Source: an uncultured Gaiellaceae bacterium
GTDB taxonomy: Bacteria > Actinomycetota > Thermoleophilia > Gaiellales > Gaiellaceae
Direction: 5' to 3'
NCBI GenBank assembly: GCA_963827015.1
Contig: CAWGZI010000008.1
Span: 5,384-69,383, forward strand
DNA length: 64,000 bases
In this document: piece by piece, positions 20,874 through 31,988 of the stretch
How the letters are laid out: every line of letters begins with the position of its first letter
How positions within the stretch are numbered: position 1 is the first letter of the stretch
The notes under the pieces: model-generated
What the model was told of the DNA's origin: nothing
Database searches by the model: none
What the model saw: only the letters and a program-made list of their open reading frames with translations
Position numbers and translations under genes: made by a program

Positions 20874-22708
20874 TCGGAGTCGGCTCGGTCGGCGGCGGCG
20901 CCGGCTTCTCGGACTTGGGCTTCGTCTTCGGCTCGGGCTTCGGCGGCGGCTTCGTGCCGACCCGGATCACCCGGTACTCGCCGCGGTAGGACGTGTTCCA
21001 GGTCTCGTCGTGGATCAGGTTCCCGTCCTCGTCGTAGACCTTCCGGGTAACCGAGGTCGCGCGTGCCGGCGAGCCTTCCTCCTCGATCGCCGTCTCGCCC
21101 TTCAGCAGCGTCGGATCCTTGACGCGCCTGATCGGAGCGGGCCCGGTCTCGCGGAGGACGCCGGTGCCGCTCTCGACGCGCCGCTCGGGCCCGCCGCCGT
21201 AGATCGAGACGGTGATGCCCGACGCGCCCGACGCGCCCGCCACGAAGACCCACTTCGGCGTGTCGTTGACGAACTTGAGATCGAGGTCGGGATAGTTGAC
21301 GGTCGCGTCGCGGCCGGTCTGGTAGCGGCTGATGTAGAGCGAGTGCGGGATTCCGCTCGACGATCTTCAGCCCCGCCTCCCAGGCGGCGTTGAAGACGGT
21401 CGTCGCCACCTGTGAGACGCCGCCGCCGACGTCCTCCTCGTACTCGTCCTTGATGATCACCGGCGCCGGGCGGAAGCCGCGCTCGATCGTGCGCTCGCCG
21501 ACGCGGTCGTTGAAGGAGAAGGTGCCGCCGGGCGCGACGAGCGCGCCGTTGACGAGCGAGACGCCGAGCTGCAGGTTCGTGATCCGGTCGGAAGTGCCGG
21601 CGTAGAGCGTCGTGTAGGACGAGAGCTGCCGCTCGATCCCCATCGCCTGCGCCTCGGCGGTCGTGCGGTCGGGCTCGGCCGTGCGGACGGCGAGCGTCGC
21701 TGTCCTGGCGTCGCGCGAGACGGCGGCGGCGAGCAGCGCCTTCGCGGTCGCGGGGACGTCGACGGCGAGGCCGTCCTTCGCCGCCACGACCTCGACGCCG
21801 CCGCCGGCGGCGCGGAAGGTCGCGTCGGCGGGCGGCCGCTCGACGGTCTTGCGCAGCTTCGCGAACCAGGCCTCCGCCCCGGCGCCGGCGATCGCGACAT
21901 CGGTGGCGCCCGCGACCGGCAGGCTGAGCAGCTCCGCGATCCGCCAGCGCGGCAGCTTCCAGCGGGTGCCCTCGTACTCGAGCCGGACGGGCGCCGACAG
22001 CGCGATGCGCGCCTGCGCAGCGGCCGGGGCGAGATCGGTGGCCGTGACCTCGACCGGGATCGAGCACGACGGGCAGCGCGATCGTCTCGCCCGCGCTCGA
22101 GGCGCGCCAGCGCGCGCACGATCCGGCCGGCCGCGACGTCCTGTGCGAGCCGGCGGCCGGGCTGGCCCGGGACGACGTCGATCGCGAGGCCCCTGCGGAC
22201 GAGCTTCGCCTCGACGTGGCGCTGGTCGATCGAGCGCGCGAGCCCGGCCAGCTTGAAGTCGAGCGCGGCGTCGTAGACGCGCACGGGCGGGGCGATCTCG
22301 GAGCCGAAGAAGCGCGTCTGCAGCCGCTTGAACCCGCGCACCGGGCCGAACCCCTCGCCCTCGCGCGCGGCGGACTCGATCGCGGCGTCCCAGTCGGCCT
22401 CGACGCCGAGCGTCGTCGCCTTGATCGGATACTCCTTGCCGCCGGCGGTGAAGACGACCGGCTCATCGCTCGACGCGGTCGAACCGGCGACGAGCAGCGA
22501 GCGCGCCTCCTTCTGCGTCGAGGCCGCCGACGTCGACCCCGGCGATGTGGACCCCCTCGGCGATCCGCACCGGCGAGCCTGCGAAGGCAAGGCCGACCAG
22601 CGCCGTCACGACGGCGAGCAGGGCCAGTGAGACGAGCACCCAGCGCGCGATCAGGCGCGCAGAGCGGTCGGGCACCCCGGCGCGGACCGGTGTCGCGTCG
22701 ACCCGCAC
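20857..22708 (-). pseudogene. VanW-domain protein with N-terminal TM anchor and C-terminal G5-like segment; four apparent +1 frameshifts (about 22519, 22090, 22057, 21348)
   Basis: Five ORF-track pieces chain into one ~615-aa protein (22463..22708, 21457..22590, 21102..22466, 20735..21787, 20857..21243). VanW core FSFNDRVGERTIERGF...GGGVSQVATTVFNAAWEAGL...NPHS|LYISRYQTGRDATV. Confidence 0.8.
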
Positions 22709-22772
22709 GAGCCGGTCAGTGTAGCCGTGGCTCAGGCGGGTTCCGGTTGCGAAATCGTGAAGTTTCGGCGGC

Positions 22773-23922
22773 TCAGCGGCGAAGGTACTGCGTGATCACG
22801 TGCCGCTGGATCTCGGAGGTGCCCTCGACGATCTGCAGCACCTTCGCGTCGCGCATCCACTTCTCCACCGGGTGGTCGCGCATGATCCCGGCGCCGCCGA
22901 GCACCTGCACCGCGTCGGTCGTGACGCTCATCGCGACGTCGGCGGCGAAGGCCTTGGCGTAGGAGCCGAGCAGGCCGGCGTCCTCGCCGGCGTCGAGCGC
23001 CGCCGCCGCGCGCCAGACGAGCAGCCGCGACGCCTCGACCTGCATCGCCATGTCAGCGAGCTTGAACGAGACGCCCTGCTTCGCGATCAGCGGCTTGCCG
23101 AAGGCGCGGCGCTCGTTCGCGTAGTCGGTTGCGTACTCGAAGGCGGCGCGCGCGATCCCCAGCGCCGACGCGGCCACCTGCGGCCGCGAGTGCATGAAGA
23201 AGTCCATCGCGATCGCGAAGCCCTCGCCCTCGTCGCCCAGCAGCCGGTCGGCCGGAAGCCGCGCCTCGTCGAACAGGATCGAGCCCGTGTAGGACGAGCG
23301 CAGGCCGAGCTTCGGCTCCTTGCGGCCGGCACTCACACCGGGATCGCCCGCCTCGACGAGGAACGCCGTGATCGCGCCGTCGAGCTTCGCGAAGACGATC
23401 GTCAGCTCGGCGATGCCGCCGTTCGTGACGTAGCACTTCTCGCCGCTGAGGACGTACTCGTCGCCGTCGCGACGTGCGGTCGCCTGGATCCCGCTGACGT
23501 CGGAGCCGGCGCCCGGCTCGGTGAACGCGATCGCTGCCAGGCAGCCCTCGGCGGAGGCGAGCCGCGTGCAGCCAGCGCTGCTTCTGCTCCTCGGTGCCCG
23601 AGCGCAGCAGCGGCCGCACCGGGAACATCGTCGCGCCGATCGGCGCGGCGAGGCCGGCGCAGCCCCACGAGAGCTCCTCCGCGATCAGGCTCGACGTCAC
23701 CGCCGAGACGCCGCCGCCGCCGTACTCGGCCGGGATCGCGTGCGAGGTCAGCCCGAGCGCCGCCGCCTTGCCGAGCAGCTCGGGCGGGCAGTCCTCGCGC
23801 TCGTCCCACTCGCGGGCGACCGGCCGCAGCTCCTGCTCCGCGAACTCGTGCGCGAGGTCGCGCAGCTCCCGCTGCTCCGGCGAGAGCTCGAAGCCGATCC
23901 CCGCACCGGCCGCGAGGCGCAT
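22773..23922 (-). CDS. Acyl-CoA dehydrogenase (apparent +1 frameshift near 23567)
   Basis: ORF 23053..23922 is good to ...TEEQKQRWL. Dropping an A in CTGCACGCGG continues PRLASAEGCLAAIAFTEPGAGSD... into ORF 22773..23336 (QIVEGTSEIQR). Confidence 0.85.
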
Positions 23923-24048
23923 CAGCCCGCGGCCCGAAGGGACACGCCCGCACGGGACCGGTCCGGGGACTGTCCCCGGACATGGCCCTCGTAGACGTGG
24001 CTCAACTGCAAAAGAAGCGCAAATCTTCTTCCACAGGCGTACACGGCC

Positions 24049-24885
24049 CTAGAAGACGAACAGCTCGACGCCGCCGCTCACCTGGAGGGAGACACCGGTG
24101 ATGTAGTTGGCGAGGTCGGAGCAGAGGAAGCAGATCGCGTTCGCGATGTCCTCGGGCTCGCCGGGGCGCTTGAAGACGGTCCGGTTGGCGATCCGCTCGT
24201 TCATCGCCGGGTTGGCGAAGTGGAAGGCCTCGGTGCCGATGATCCCCGGCACGATCGCGTTGCAGGTGATCCCGTGGCGGCCGCCCTCCATCGCGAGCGT
24301 CCGCGTCAGGCCGAGGATGCCGGCCTTCGTCGTCGAGTAGCTCGCCTGGCCGAAGCCACCGAGCGTGCCGGCGACCGAGGCCATGTTGATGATCCGCCCC
24401 CACTCCCGCTGCTTCATGTGCGGCCAGACCGCCTGGGCGCAGTTGAAGCCGCCGGTGAGGTTGACGCGCAGGTCGCGCTCCCAGAGCTCCGGGTTCTGGT
24501 CGTGGAACTGGCCGACGTGATCGAGCGTGCCGGCGTTGTTGATCAGGATGTCGACCGAGCCGAACTCCTCGACGACGCGGTCGACCGTCTCCTTGACCTG
24601 GTCGCGGTCGGTGACGTCGCACTTGATCGCGGCCGAGCGGCGGCCGAGGGCCTGGATCTCCTGCGCGGTCGCCTCGGTGTAGACGATCCCCTGCGCCTTG
24701 GCCACCTGCGCGAGGACGCCGTACGACTCGGCGGTCTCGGTCGACTCGTCCGACTCGACCTGGATGTCGGCGATGACGACGTCAGCCCCAGCGCGCGCGA
24801 GCGCGAGCGCGTCGGCGCGGCCGAGGCCGCGCGAGCCGCCGGTGACGAGGGCGACCCGGCCGGAGAGATCGATCTCGATCGCCAT
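24049..24885 (-). CDS. SDR-family oxidoreductase (FabG-like)
   Basis: 278 aa. TGGSRGLG cofactor motif, NNAG, catalytic YSTTKAG. Confidence 0.88.
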   Translation of the reverse strand: MAIEIDLSGRVALVTGGSRGLGRADALALARAGADVVIADIQVESDESTETAESYGVLAQVAKAQGIVYTEATAQEIQALGRRSAAIKCDVTDRDQVKETVDRVVEEFGSVDILINNAGTLDHVGQFHDQNPELWERDLRVNLTGGFNCAQAVWPHMKQREWGRIINMASVAGTLGGFGQASYSTTKAGILGLTRTLAMEGGRHGITCNAIVPGIIGTEAFHFANPAMNERIANRTVFKRPGEPEDIANAICFLCSDLANYITGVSLQVSGGVELFVF

Positions 24886-24903
24886 GGTGCGATCCTACGT
24901 CGC

Positions 24904-26072
24904 GTGCACAGGGTCGGCATCGAGGAACGACGCGCGCGCCTCGTCGTTCGCCATCGACTCGCGCCCGGAGCGCGCGCGTCCGATCCTGAGGCCGTCGCCC
25001 GCTCGCTCGTCTGCCTGCACGCGACGGACGCCGTCACCGTCTTCCTCTCGATCCAGGCTCGCAGCGACGGGCTCGCACCCGCCGGCGTCGAGCGCGCGCT
25101 CTACGAGGAGCGCAGCCTCGTCCGCATGCTCGCGATGCGAAGGACGCTCTGGGCGGTGCCCCGCGAGCTCGTCCCGGTCGTGTTCGCAGCCGCGACGAGG
25201 GCCGTGGCGGCGACCCAGCGCAAGCGGCTCGAGGGCTTCGTCCGCGACAGCGGCGTCTCGACCCGCCCGGCCACCTGGCTCGCCCGTGCCGAGAAGGCCG
25301 CGCTCGCGGCGGTCGAGGAACGCGGGGAGGCGATGACGCGAGACGTCGTCGCCGACGTGCCGCTGCTGGCGACCAAGCTTCGCTTCGGCTCCGGACGCTG
25401 GGTCACCGAGCAGAGTGCGGGCGCGCGCGTCCTGCCGCAACTGGCCATGGACGGCCGGCTCGTCCGCGGCAAGCCGCGCGGCAGCTGGACCAGCCCGCAG
25501 TTCCGCTGGGTGACGACCGAGAACTGGCTCGGCGGCCCGATCGAGGAGCTGGACGTCGCCTCGGCACAGGTCGAGCTGCTGAGCCGCTGGCTGGCCGCTT
25601 TCGGTCCCGCAACAGAGACGGACGTGCGGTGGTGGACCGGCTGGACGCTGCGCGAGGCACGGGCCGCGCTCGCCGCGGTCCCGCACGAGGAGGTCGAGCT
25701 CGAGGGCGCGACCGGCTACGTGCTCGCGGGCGATCTCGAGCCGACGCCGCGCCCGACGCCCGTCGCGGCGCTGCTGCCGACGCTCGACCCGACGACGATG
25801 GGCTGGAAGGAGCGCGACTGGTACCTCGGCCCGCACGGGCCGACCCTCTTCGACGGGAACGGCAACGCCGGGCCGACGATCTGGTGGGACGGCCGCGTCG
25901 TCGGCGGCTGGTGCCAGCGGCGGGACGGCGAGATCGTGCTCGGCCTGCTCGAGGACGTCGGCCGCGACGCGCGCACCGCGATCGACGCCGAGGCGGAGCG
26001 GCTCGCCGCCTGGGTCGGCGACGTCCGCTTCTCGCCCGGCTTCCTACCGCCCTTCCAGCGGGCGCTCGCGAG

Positions 26073-26076
<4 letters not shown>
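24904..26076 (+). CDS. Winged-helix DNA-binding domain protein (YcaQ/DUF1006-like)
   Basis: GTG at 24904 (residue 229 of ORF 24220..26076), 390 aa. The upstream part of the track ORF is antisense to the SDR gene. Family call is from overall pattern recall only. Confidence 0.65.
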
Positions 26077-27251
<1,175 letters not shown>

Positions 27252-27274
27252 GCCTCACTCCCGCTTGCGGTCGA

Positions 27275-27290
27275 TTGACTAGTCAGTCAA
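27275..27290. promoter_or_regulatory. Candidate TetR-type operator, TTGACTAGTCAGTCAA (core TGACTAGTCA is a perfect palindrome)
   Basis: Lies in the 58-nt divergent region between the acyl-CoA dehydrogenase (start 27251) and the amidase (start 27310). 13 of 16 positions match the site at 33780..33795, including GTCAGTCAA. Confidence 0.3.
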
Positions 27291-27309
27291 GAGTGTAGGA
27301 GCAATGTAA

Positions 27310-28785
27310 ATGCGTCGTCAACCCCGCTCGTTCCGGGCTACGCTGCCCGCGATGGGTCTGCGGAGGGTGCTCGTCCTGGCCGCGCTGGTCGCGGTCTCGT
27401 GTCTCGTCGTCCCGGTCGCGGACGCGGCGACGGGCGCCCGCCCGCCGGTCGTCTGGTTGAAGGGCGAGGGCAACTTCACGAAGGCGCACCGGAGCGTGCA
27501 GTCGATCGACAAGGTCGTCGTCCACGTCACCGAGGGCAGCTTCTGGGGGTCGGTGCGCTGGCTGAAGAGCCCCCGCGCGCACGCGTCGTCGCACTACGTC
27601 GTCTCGCGCAACGGCAAGATCGTCCAGCTCGTCCACCTCTCCGACATCGCCTGGCACGCCGGCCACTGGGACACCAACGAGCAGTCGGTCGGGATCGAGC
27701 ACGAGGGCTTCACGTACGGGCCGGCGGGGTTCACCGCTGCGCAGTACCGGGCGTCGGCACGCCTCGCGGCGTGGATCGCGCGGCGGTCTCTGATGCCGAT
27801 CGACCGCCGGCACCTGATCGGCCACCGCGACGTGCCGGACGGCCGCGGCGGCCGCGGAGGCTCCTCTCACCACACCGACCCCGGCCCGCGCTGGAACTGG
27901 TCGCGCTACCTGCGCCTCGTCCGGCAGTACGCCGGCGTCGTCCGCCTGAGCGTGAAGCCGGTCCTGCCCGAAGGCCCGCTGCGCGGCATCGTCCCCTGGC
28001 GGGCCAAGGCATCGGGGGACATCGGTCGCGTCGAGTTCCTCGTCGACGGCCGCGTCGTGCACGTCGACCAACGCCGCCCGTTCGTCTACCCGCTCAACAC
28101 GGCCCGGCTCGCGAACCGCAGCTACAAGCTGCAGGTGCACGGGATCGCCGGCCCCGGCCGCTACGACGTCGAAGGCGTCCGCGTGGCCGTCGACAACAAG
28201 ACCTTCGCGCTCACCAGTGCAGGCGCGCGACCGTGGATGCTGGCGCCGAGCACGATCCGGCTGCGCGTGCGTCCGTGGGGTCAGAAGGCGTCGAGGATGG
28301 TGTTCACGGTCGACGGCAAGCGGCGCGCGGTCGACCGCCGGCCGCCGTTCCTCTTCTCGTGGAGCACGAAGCGCGCGCGGCCCGGCCGGCACGTGCTCGA
28401 AGTGGTCGCCACCTCAATCGACGGCCGCACGGCGAAGCGGCGGATCCCGCTGGTCGTGCAGGCGCCGCCCAAGCCGAGGCCGAAGCCGCCGGCCGTGCCG
28501 CCGCTCGCGATCGTCGACCAGACGGTCGAGGAGGGTCAGGAGCTGGCGGGCCTCGTCGTCTGGCGCGTCGACCTCCGTGGCCGCGCCGAGCGCGTCGAGT
28601 TCCTCGTCGACGGCGTGCTCCGGGGCAGCGACGTCGCGGCGCCGTACACGTTCGGTCTCGACGCCGACGCCGAGCCGCCGGGGCCGCACCGGCTCACGTC
28701 GCGAGCCGTCGGAGCGAACGGCAAGCTCGTCCAGGCGACGGTCACCGTGACGGTGGTGCCGCCACCGAGCGGCGGTACCGGCTGA
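27310..28785 (+). CDS. Secreted N-acetylmuramoyl-L-alanine amidase (Amidase_2/PGRP fold) with three tandem Ig-like repeats
   Basis: 491 aa. Signal peptide; VVVHVTEG...SSHYVVSRNGKIVQLV...AWHAG...SVGIEHEG...IGHRD. Then three ~95-aa repeats, each with (V/M)(E/V)F(L/T)VDG. Confidence 0.85.
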   Translation: MRRQPRSFRATLPAMGLRRVLVLAALVAVSCLVVPVADAATGARPPVVWLKGEGNFTKAHRSVQSIDKVVVHVTEGSFWGSVRWLKSPRAHASSHYVVSRNGKIVQLVHLSDIAWHAGHWDTNEQSVGIEHEGFTYGPAGFTAAQYRASARLAAWIARRSLMPIDRRHLIGHRDVPDGRGGRGGSSHHTDPGPRWNWSRYLRLVRQYAGVVRLSVKPVLPEGPLRGIVPWRAKASGDIGRVEFLVDGRVVHVDQRRPFVYPLNTARLANRSYKLQVHGIAGPGRYDVEGVRVAVDNKTFALTSAGARPWMLAPSTIRLRVRPWGQKASRMVFTVDGKRRAVDRRPPFLFSWSTKRARPGRHVLEVVATSIDGRTAKRRIPLVVQAPPKPRPKPPAVPPLAIVDQTVEEGQELAGLVVWRVDLRGRAERVEFLVDGVLRGSDVAAPYTFGLDADAEPPGPHRLTSRAVGANGKLVQATVTVTVVPPPSGGTG

Positions 28786-29632
28786 TCCGCACGAGCTTGT
28801 CGTCGAGCTCGCCGGCGGCGGCGAGCGGCAGCAGGGCGTCCACGATCCGGCGGGCGTCGCGTGCGCTCGTCGTCAGCACGAGATCGGCACCGGCACGGAG
28901 CGCGAGCCGCGCCCAGAAGGGCGCATAGGGGCTGCCGAGGACGCCGATCGAGTCGGTGATCGCGACGCCATGAAAGCCGAGGCCTCGCAGGAGCTCGTAC
29001 GTCTTGGGCTCGAAGGACGCACGGCGCGGCCCGAGCCGGGGGTAGATCGCGTGGCCGACCATGACGCACGGGACGCCGGCGCGGATCGCGGCCCGGAAGG
29101 GCGCGAGGTCGTGCGTCCGGAGCACGCCGTAGACGCGGGCGACGTCCGTCGACTCGGTCGTCGAGCCGAGTCCCGGAAAGTGCTTCGCGCACGCGGCGCT
29201 GCCGAGCCCCCGCGCGAACGCGACCCCGTACGCCGGCTTCGCGAACTGGCGCGAGCCCAGCGGCCCGTCGGCGAGGTCGAGCACCGGCGCGAAGGTCGCG
29301 TGCACTCCCTCGCGGCGGAGCGCGGCGGCGGTGTCCCTCCCGGCGGCGAGCGCCTCGGCGGCGCTCCGGTACTGCGACGCCGCCCGCCAGGGCGCGATCC
29401 CGCGGAACGTCTTCACGAGGCCGCCCTCCTGGTCGGCGAACACGAGCGCCCCGCGCGGTCGCGGCGCCTCGGTGTTCCACTGGCGTACGAGCACGCCGCC
29501 GAAGCCGGGCCCGGCTGGCATGCCGGCGACGACGACCGCCTCCGCCTTCTCGTCCGGCGTCATCGCGGCGACCTCCGCCTCGGCCGAGCCCGTCAGCAGC
29601 AGCGTCAGCGCGGTCGAGATCGTCGCGAGCAC
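28742..29632 (-). CDS. Glycoside hydrolase family 3 N-terminal-domain protein (NagZ-like beta-N-acetylhexosaminidase)
   Basis: 296 aa. Signal-like N-terminus; ADQEGG, KHFPGLG motifs. The 3' end overlaps the convergent amidase by 44 nt. Confidence 0.78.
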   Translation of the reverse strand: MLATISTALTLLLTGSAEAEVAAMTPDEKAEAVVVAGMPAGPGFGGVLVRQWNTEAPRPRGALVFADQEGGLVKTFRGIAPWRAASQYRSAAEALAAGRDTAAALRREGVHATFAPVLDLADGPLGSRQFAKPAYGVAFARGLGSAACAKHFPGLGSTTESTDVARVYGVLRTHDLAPFRAAIRAGVPCVMVGHAIYPRLGPRRASFEPKTYELLRGLGFHGVAITDSIGVLGSPYAPFWARLALRAGADLVLTTSARDARRIVDALLPLAAAGELDDKLVRISRYRRSVAAPPSR

Positions 29633-29655
29633 GCGGCCACGGTACCCTTGCTCCC

Positions 29656-30843
29656 GTGGCCGTGACCGAGAAGAAGACCGCGCTGGACCCGCTCGACTTC
29701 CTTGCAGTCGATGCGCTCCTCGACGACGAGGAGCGGGCCGTCCGCGACACCGTGCGCTCGTTCGTCCGCGAGAAGGTGGTGCCCGAGGTCGGCGACTGGT
29801 TCGAGCAGGGGATCCTCCCGCGCGAGCTGATGGCGGAGCTCGGGAAGCTCGGCCTCTTCGGCATGCACCTCGACGGCTACGGGCTCCCGGGCGCGAGCGC
29901 CGTCGCGTACGGCCTCACCTGTCTCGAGCTCGAGGCGGGCGACTCCGGCGTCCGGAGCGCCGTCTCGGTGCAGGGATCGCTGGCCATGTTCTCGATCTGG
30001 AAGTGGGGCTCCGAGGAGCAGAAGCAGCGCTGGCTGCCGCCGATGCACACGGGCGAGGCGATCGGCTGCTTCGGGCTGACCGAGCCGGACGCGGGCTCCG
30101 ACCCCGGCTCGATGCGCACCACCGCCCGCCGCGACGGCTCCGACTGGATCCTCAACGGCGCCAAGATGTGGATCACGAACGGGACGATCGCGGACGTCGC
30201 GACCGTCTGGGCGCGCACCGAGGACGGCGCCATCAACGGCTTCCTCGTCGAGAAGGGCATGCCGGGATTCACCGCGCCCGAGATCCACAAGAAGCTCTCG
30301 CTGCGCGCATCCGTCACGTCCGAGCTCGTGCTCCAGGACGTGCGCGTGCCGGAGGAGAACCGCTTCCCGGAGGTCGACACGCTGCGCGGGCCGCTCTCCT
30401 GTCTGAACGAGGCGCGCTACGGGATCGTCTGGGGCGCCGTCGGCGCCGGGCGCGCGTGCTTCGAGGCGGCGCTCGACTACGCGAAGGAGCGGATCGTCTT
30501 CGACAAGCCGATCGCGGGCTACCAGCTGACGCAGCAGAAGCTCGCCGAGATGGCGCTCGAGCTGAACCGCGGCCTGCTGGTCGCGCTCCACATCGGCCGG
30601 ATGAAGGACGACGGCACGCTGCGCCAGGAGCACGTCAGCCTCGGGAAGATGGGCAACGTCCGCGGCGCGATCGAGGTCGCCCGCCAGGCCCGCACGATCC
30701 TCGGCGCCAACGGCGTCACGCTCGAGTACCCGGTGATCCGCCACGTCAACAACCTCGAGTCGGTCCTCACCTACGAGGGCACGCACGAGGTGCACACGCT
30801 GGTCGTCGGCAACGCGCTGACAGGCGAGAACGCCTTCCGCTGA
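29656..30843 (+). CDS. Glutaryl-CoA-dehydrogenase-type acyl-CoA dehydrogenase
   Basis: 395 aa, GTG start. GLTEPDAGSDP, WITNG, TYEGTHEVHTLVVG (GcdH-like C-terminus). Confidence 0.88.
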   Translation: MAVTEKKTALDPLDFLAVDALLDDEERAVRDTVRSFVREKVVPEVGDWFEQGILPRELMAELGKLGLFGMHLDGYGLPGASAVAYGLTCLELEAGDSGVRSAVSVQGSLAMFSIWKWGSEEQKQRWLPPMHTGEAIGCFGLTEPDAGSDPGSMRTTARRDGSDWILNGAKMWITNGTIADVATVWARTEDGAINGFLVEKGMPGFTAPEIHKKLSLRASVTSELVLQDVRVPEENRFPEVDTLRGPLSCLNEARYGIVWGAVGAGRACFEAALDYAKERIVFDKPIAGYQLTQQKLAEMALELNRGLLVALHIGRMKDDGTLRQEHVSLGKMGNVRGAIEVARQARTILGANGVTLEYPVIRHVNNLESVLTYEGTHEVHTLVVGNALTGENAFR

Positions 30844-30965
30844 ACCCGCGCTTTCGGGGAGCGCCGCCACGCGGGATCGGGGATTGCCGCCACGGCCGCG
30901 TGTGCCGAGACTCCGTGCGTACGCCGCGCGCTGCCGCCGCCGCAGAGGCAGTGCTTGTCCCCCGT

Positions 30966-30993
30966 AACGACCCCGTCCGCAAGCGGGGTCGTT
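30966..30993. terminator. GC-rich hairpin between convergent genes (10-bp perfect stem AACGACCCCG/CGGGGTCGTT, 8-nt loop), followed by GCGTTTCC on the plus strand
   Basis: Read directly from the sequence. It sits in one of the few real convergent intergenic gaps (30844..31006), so it could serve both flanking genes. Confidence 0.5.
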
Positions 30994-31006
30994 GCGTTTC
31001 CAGGCG

Positions 31007-31477
31007 CTACGTCTCTCCGTCCCAGTAGCCGACGGCGCCGTCGATCCTGAAGAGCCGCGGCGGATCGGCGTCGTTCCCGGTCCAGATGCCGATCTTGCCG
31101 CTGTCCGGATAGACCGCCGCGTCGGGAAGCTGCTTCGTCGAGGCGACCAGGAACCGCACCGGCTCGTCCGTGTCGTTGCGTAGGAGGTGGGCGCCGTCCG
31201 GGCCCTCGGGGAAGCAGACGACGTCGCCCGGCCGGAGCTCGTGCTCACCCTCGGGGTCGCGCAGGGTCGGCCGGCCGGTGGCGACGACCAGCCATTCCTC
31301 GGCGCCGTACTCGTAGTGGTACGGGAACGAGCGCTCGCCGGGCTGGAGCTCGTAGACCGTCGCCCCGACCTTCTCGGCGCCGAGCCGCGGGCCGAGCCGA
31401 GCCGCGCGCCACGTGAAGCCGGCCGGCTCGGTGCGCTCCTCGTCCAGCTCGCCGTCGAAGAGGTTGAAGCGCTTCAT
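31007..31477 (-). CDS. Cupin-domain protein
   Basis: 156 aa. YHYEYGAEEWLVVATG...PGDVVCFPEG...HLLRN, a cupin two-motif pattern. Confidence 0.72.
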   Translation of the reverse strand: MKRFNLFDGELDEERTEPAGFTWRAARLGPRLGAEKVGATVYELQPGERSFPYHYEYGAEEWLVVATGRPTLRDPEGEHELRPGDVVCFPEGPDGAHLLRNDTDEPVRFLVASTKQLPDAAVYPDSGKIGIWTGNDADPPRLFRIDGAVGYWDGET

Positions 31478-31496
31478 CGCCGCTTATCCTCCCATC

Positions 31497-31988
31497 GTGC
31501 AGCGGCTCGCGGCAATCGTGTTCCTCGCCCTCGGCCTTGCGGTGCCAGCGGCCGCGGCGCCGCCCGGCGTCGGCGTGCTCGTGCCCGGGCGGAGCCTCGG
31601 CGGGATCGAGCTCGGCACGGCCAAGATCGAGGTCGAGCGCCGCTGGGGGCGGGCGTACGGGGTCTGCCGCGGCTGCGCGCGCGAGACCTGGTACTTCAAC
31701 TACTACGCGTTCCAGCCGCGGGGAGCCGGCATCGAGTGGCGGAACGACCGCGCGGTCGCCGTCTTCACGATTTACCAGCCGCTCGGCTGGCGGACGCCGA
31801 AGGGGCTCGAGCTCGGCGACCCGGTGCAGCAGATCACGGCCCTCTACGGGCCACTCGAGCGCGTCGGCTGCAGCGGCTACTCCGCCTACGTCCTCGACGG
31901 CCGCAACGTGAGAACCGCGTTCTACGTCCTAGGTGATCGGCTCTGGGCTTTCGGGCTTTCCCGGCCCGGCGTGCCGCTCTGCCGCTGA
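31497..31988 (+). CDS. Secreted hypothetical protein
   Basis: GTG at 31497 (residue 29 of ORF 31413..31988) gives the signal peptide VQRLAAIVFLALGLAVPAAAA. Four Cys. No family recognised. Confidence 0.5.
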   Translation: MQRLAAIVFLALGLAVPAAAAPPGVGVLVPGRSLGGIELGTAKIEVERRWGRAYGVCRGCARETWYFNYYAFQPRGAGIEWRNDRAVAVFTIYQPLGWRTPKGLELGDPVQQITALYGPLERVGCSGYSAYVLDGRNVRTAFYVLGDRLWAFGLSRPGVPLCR

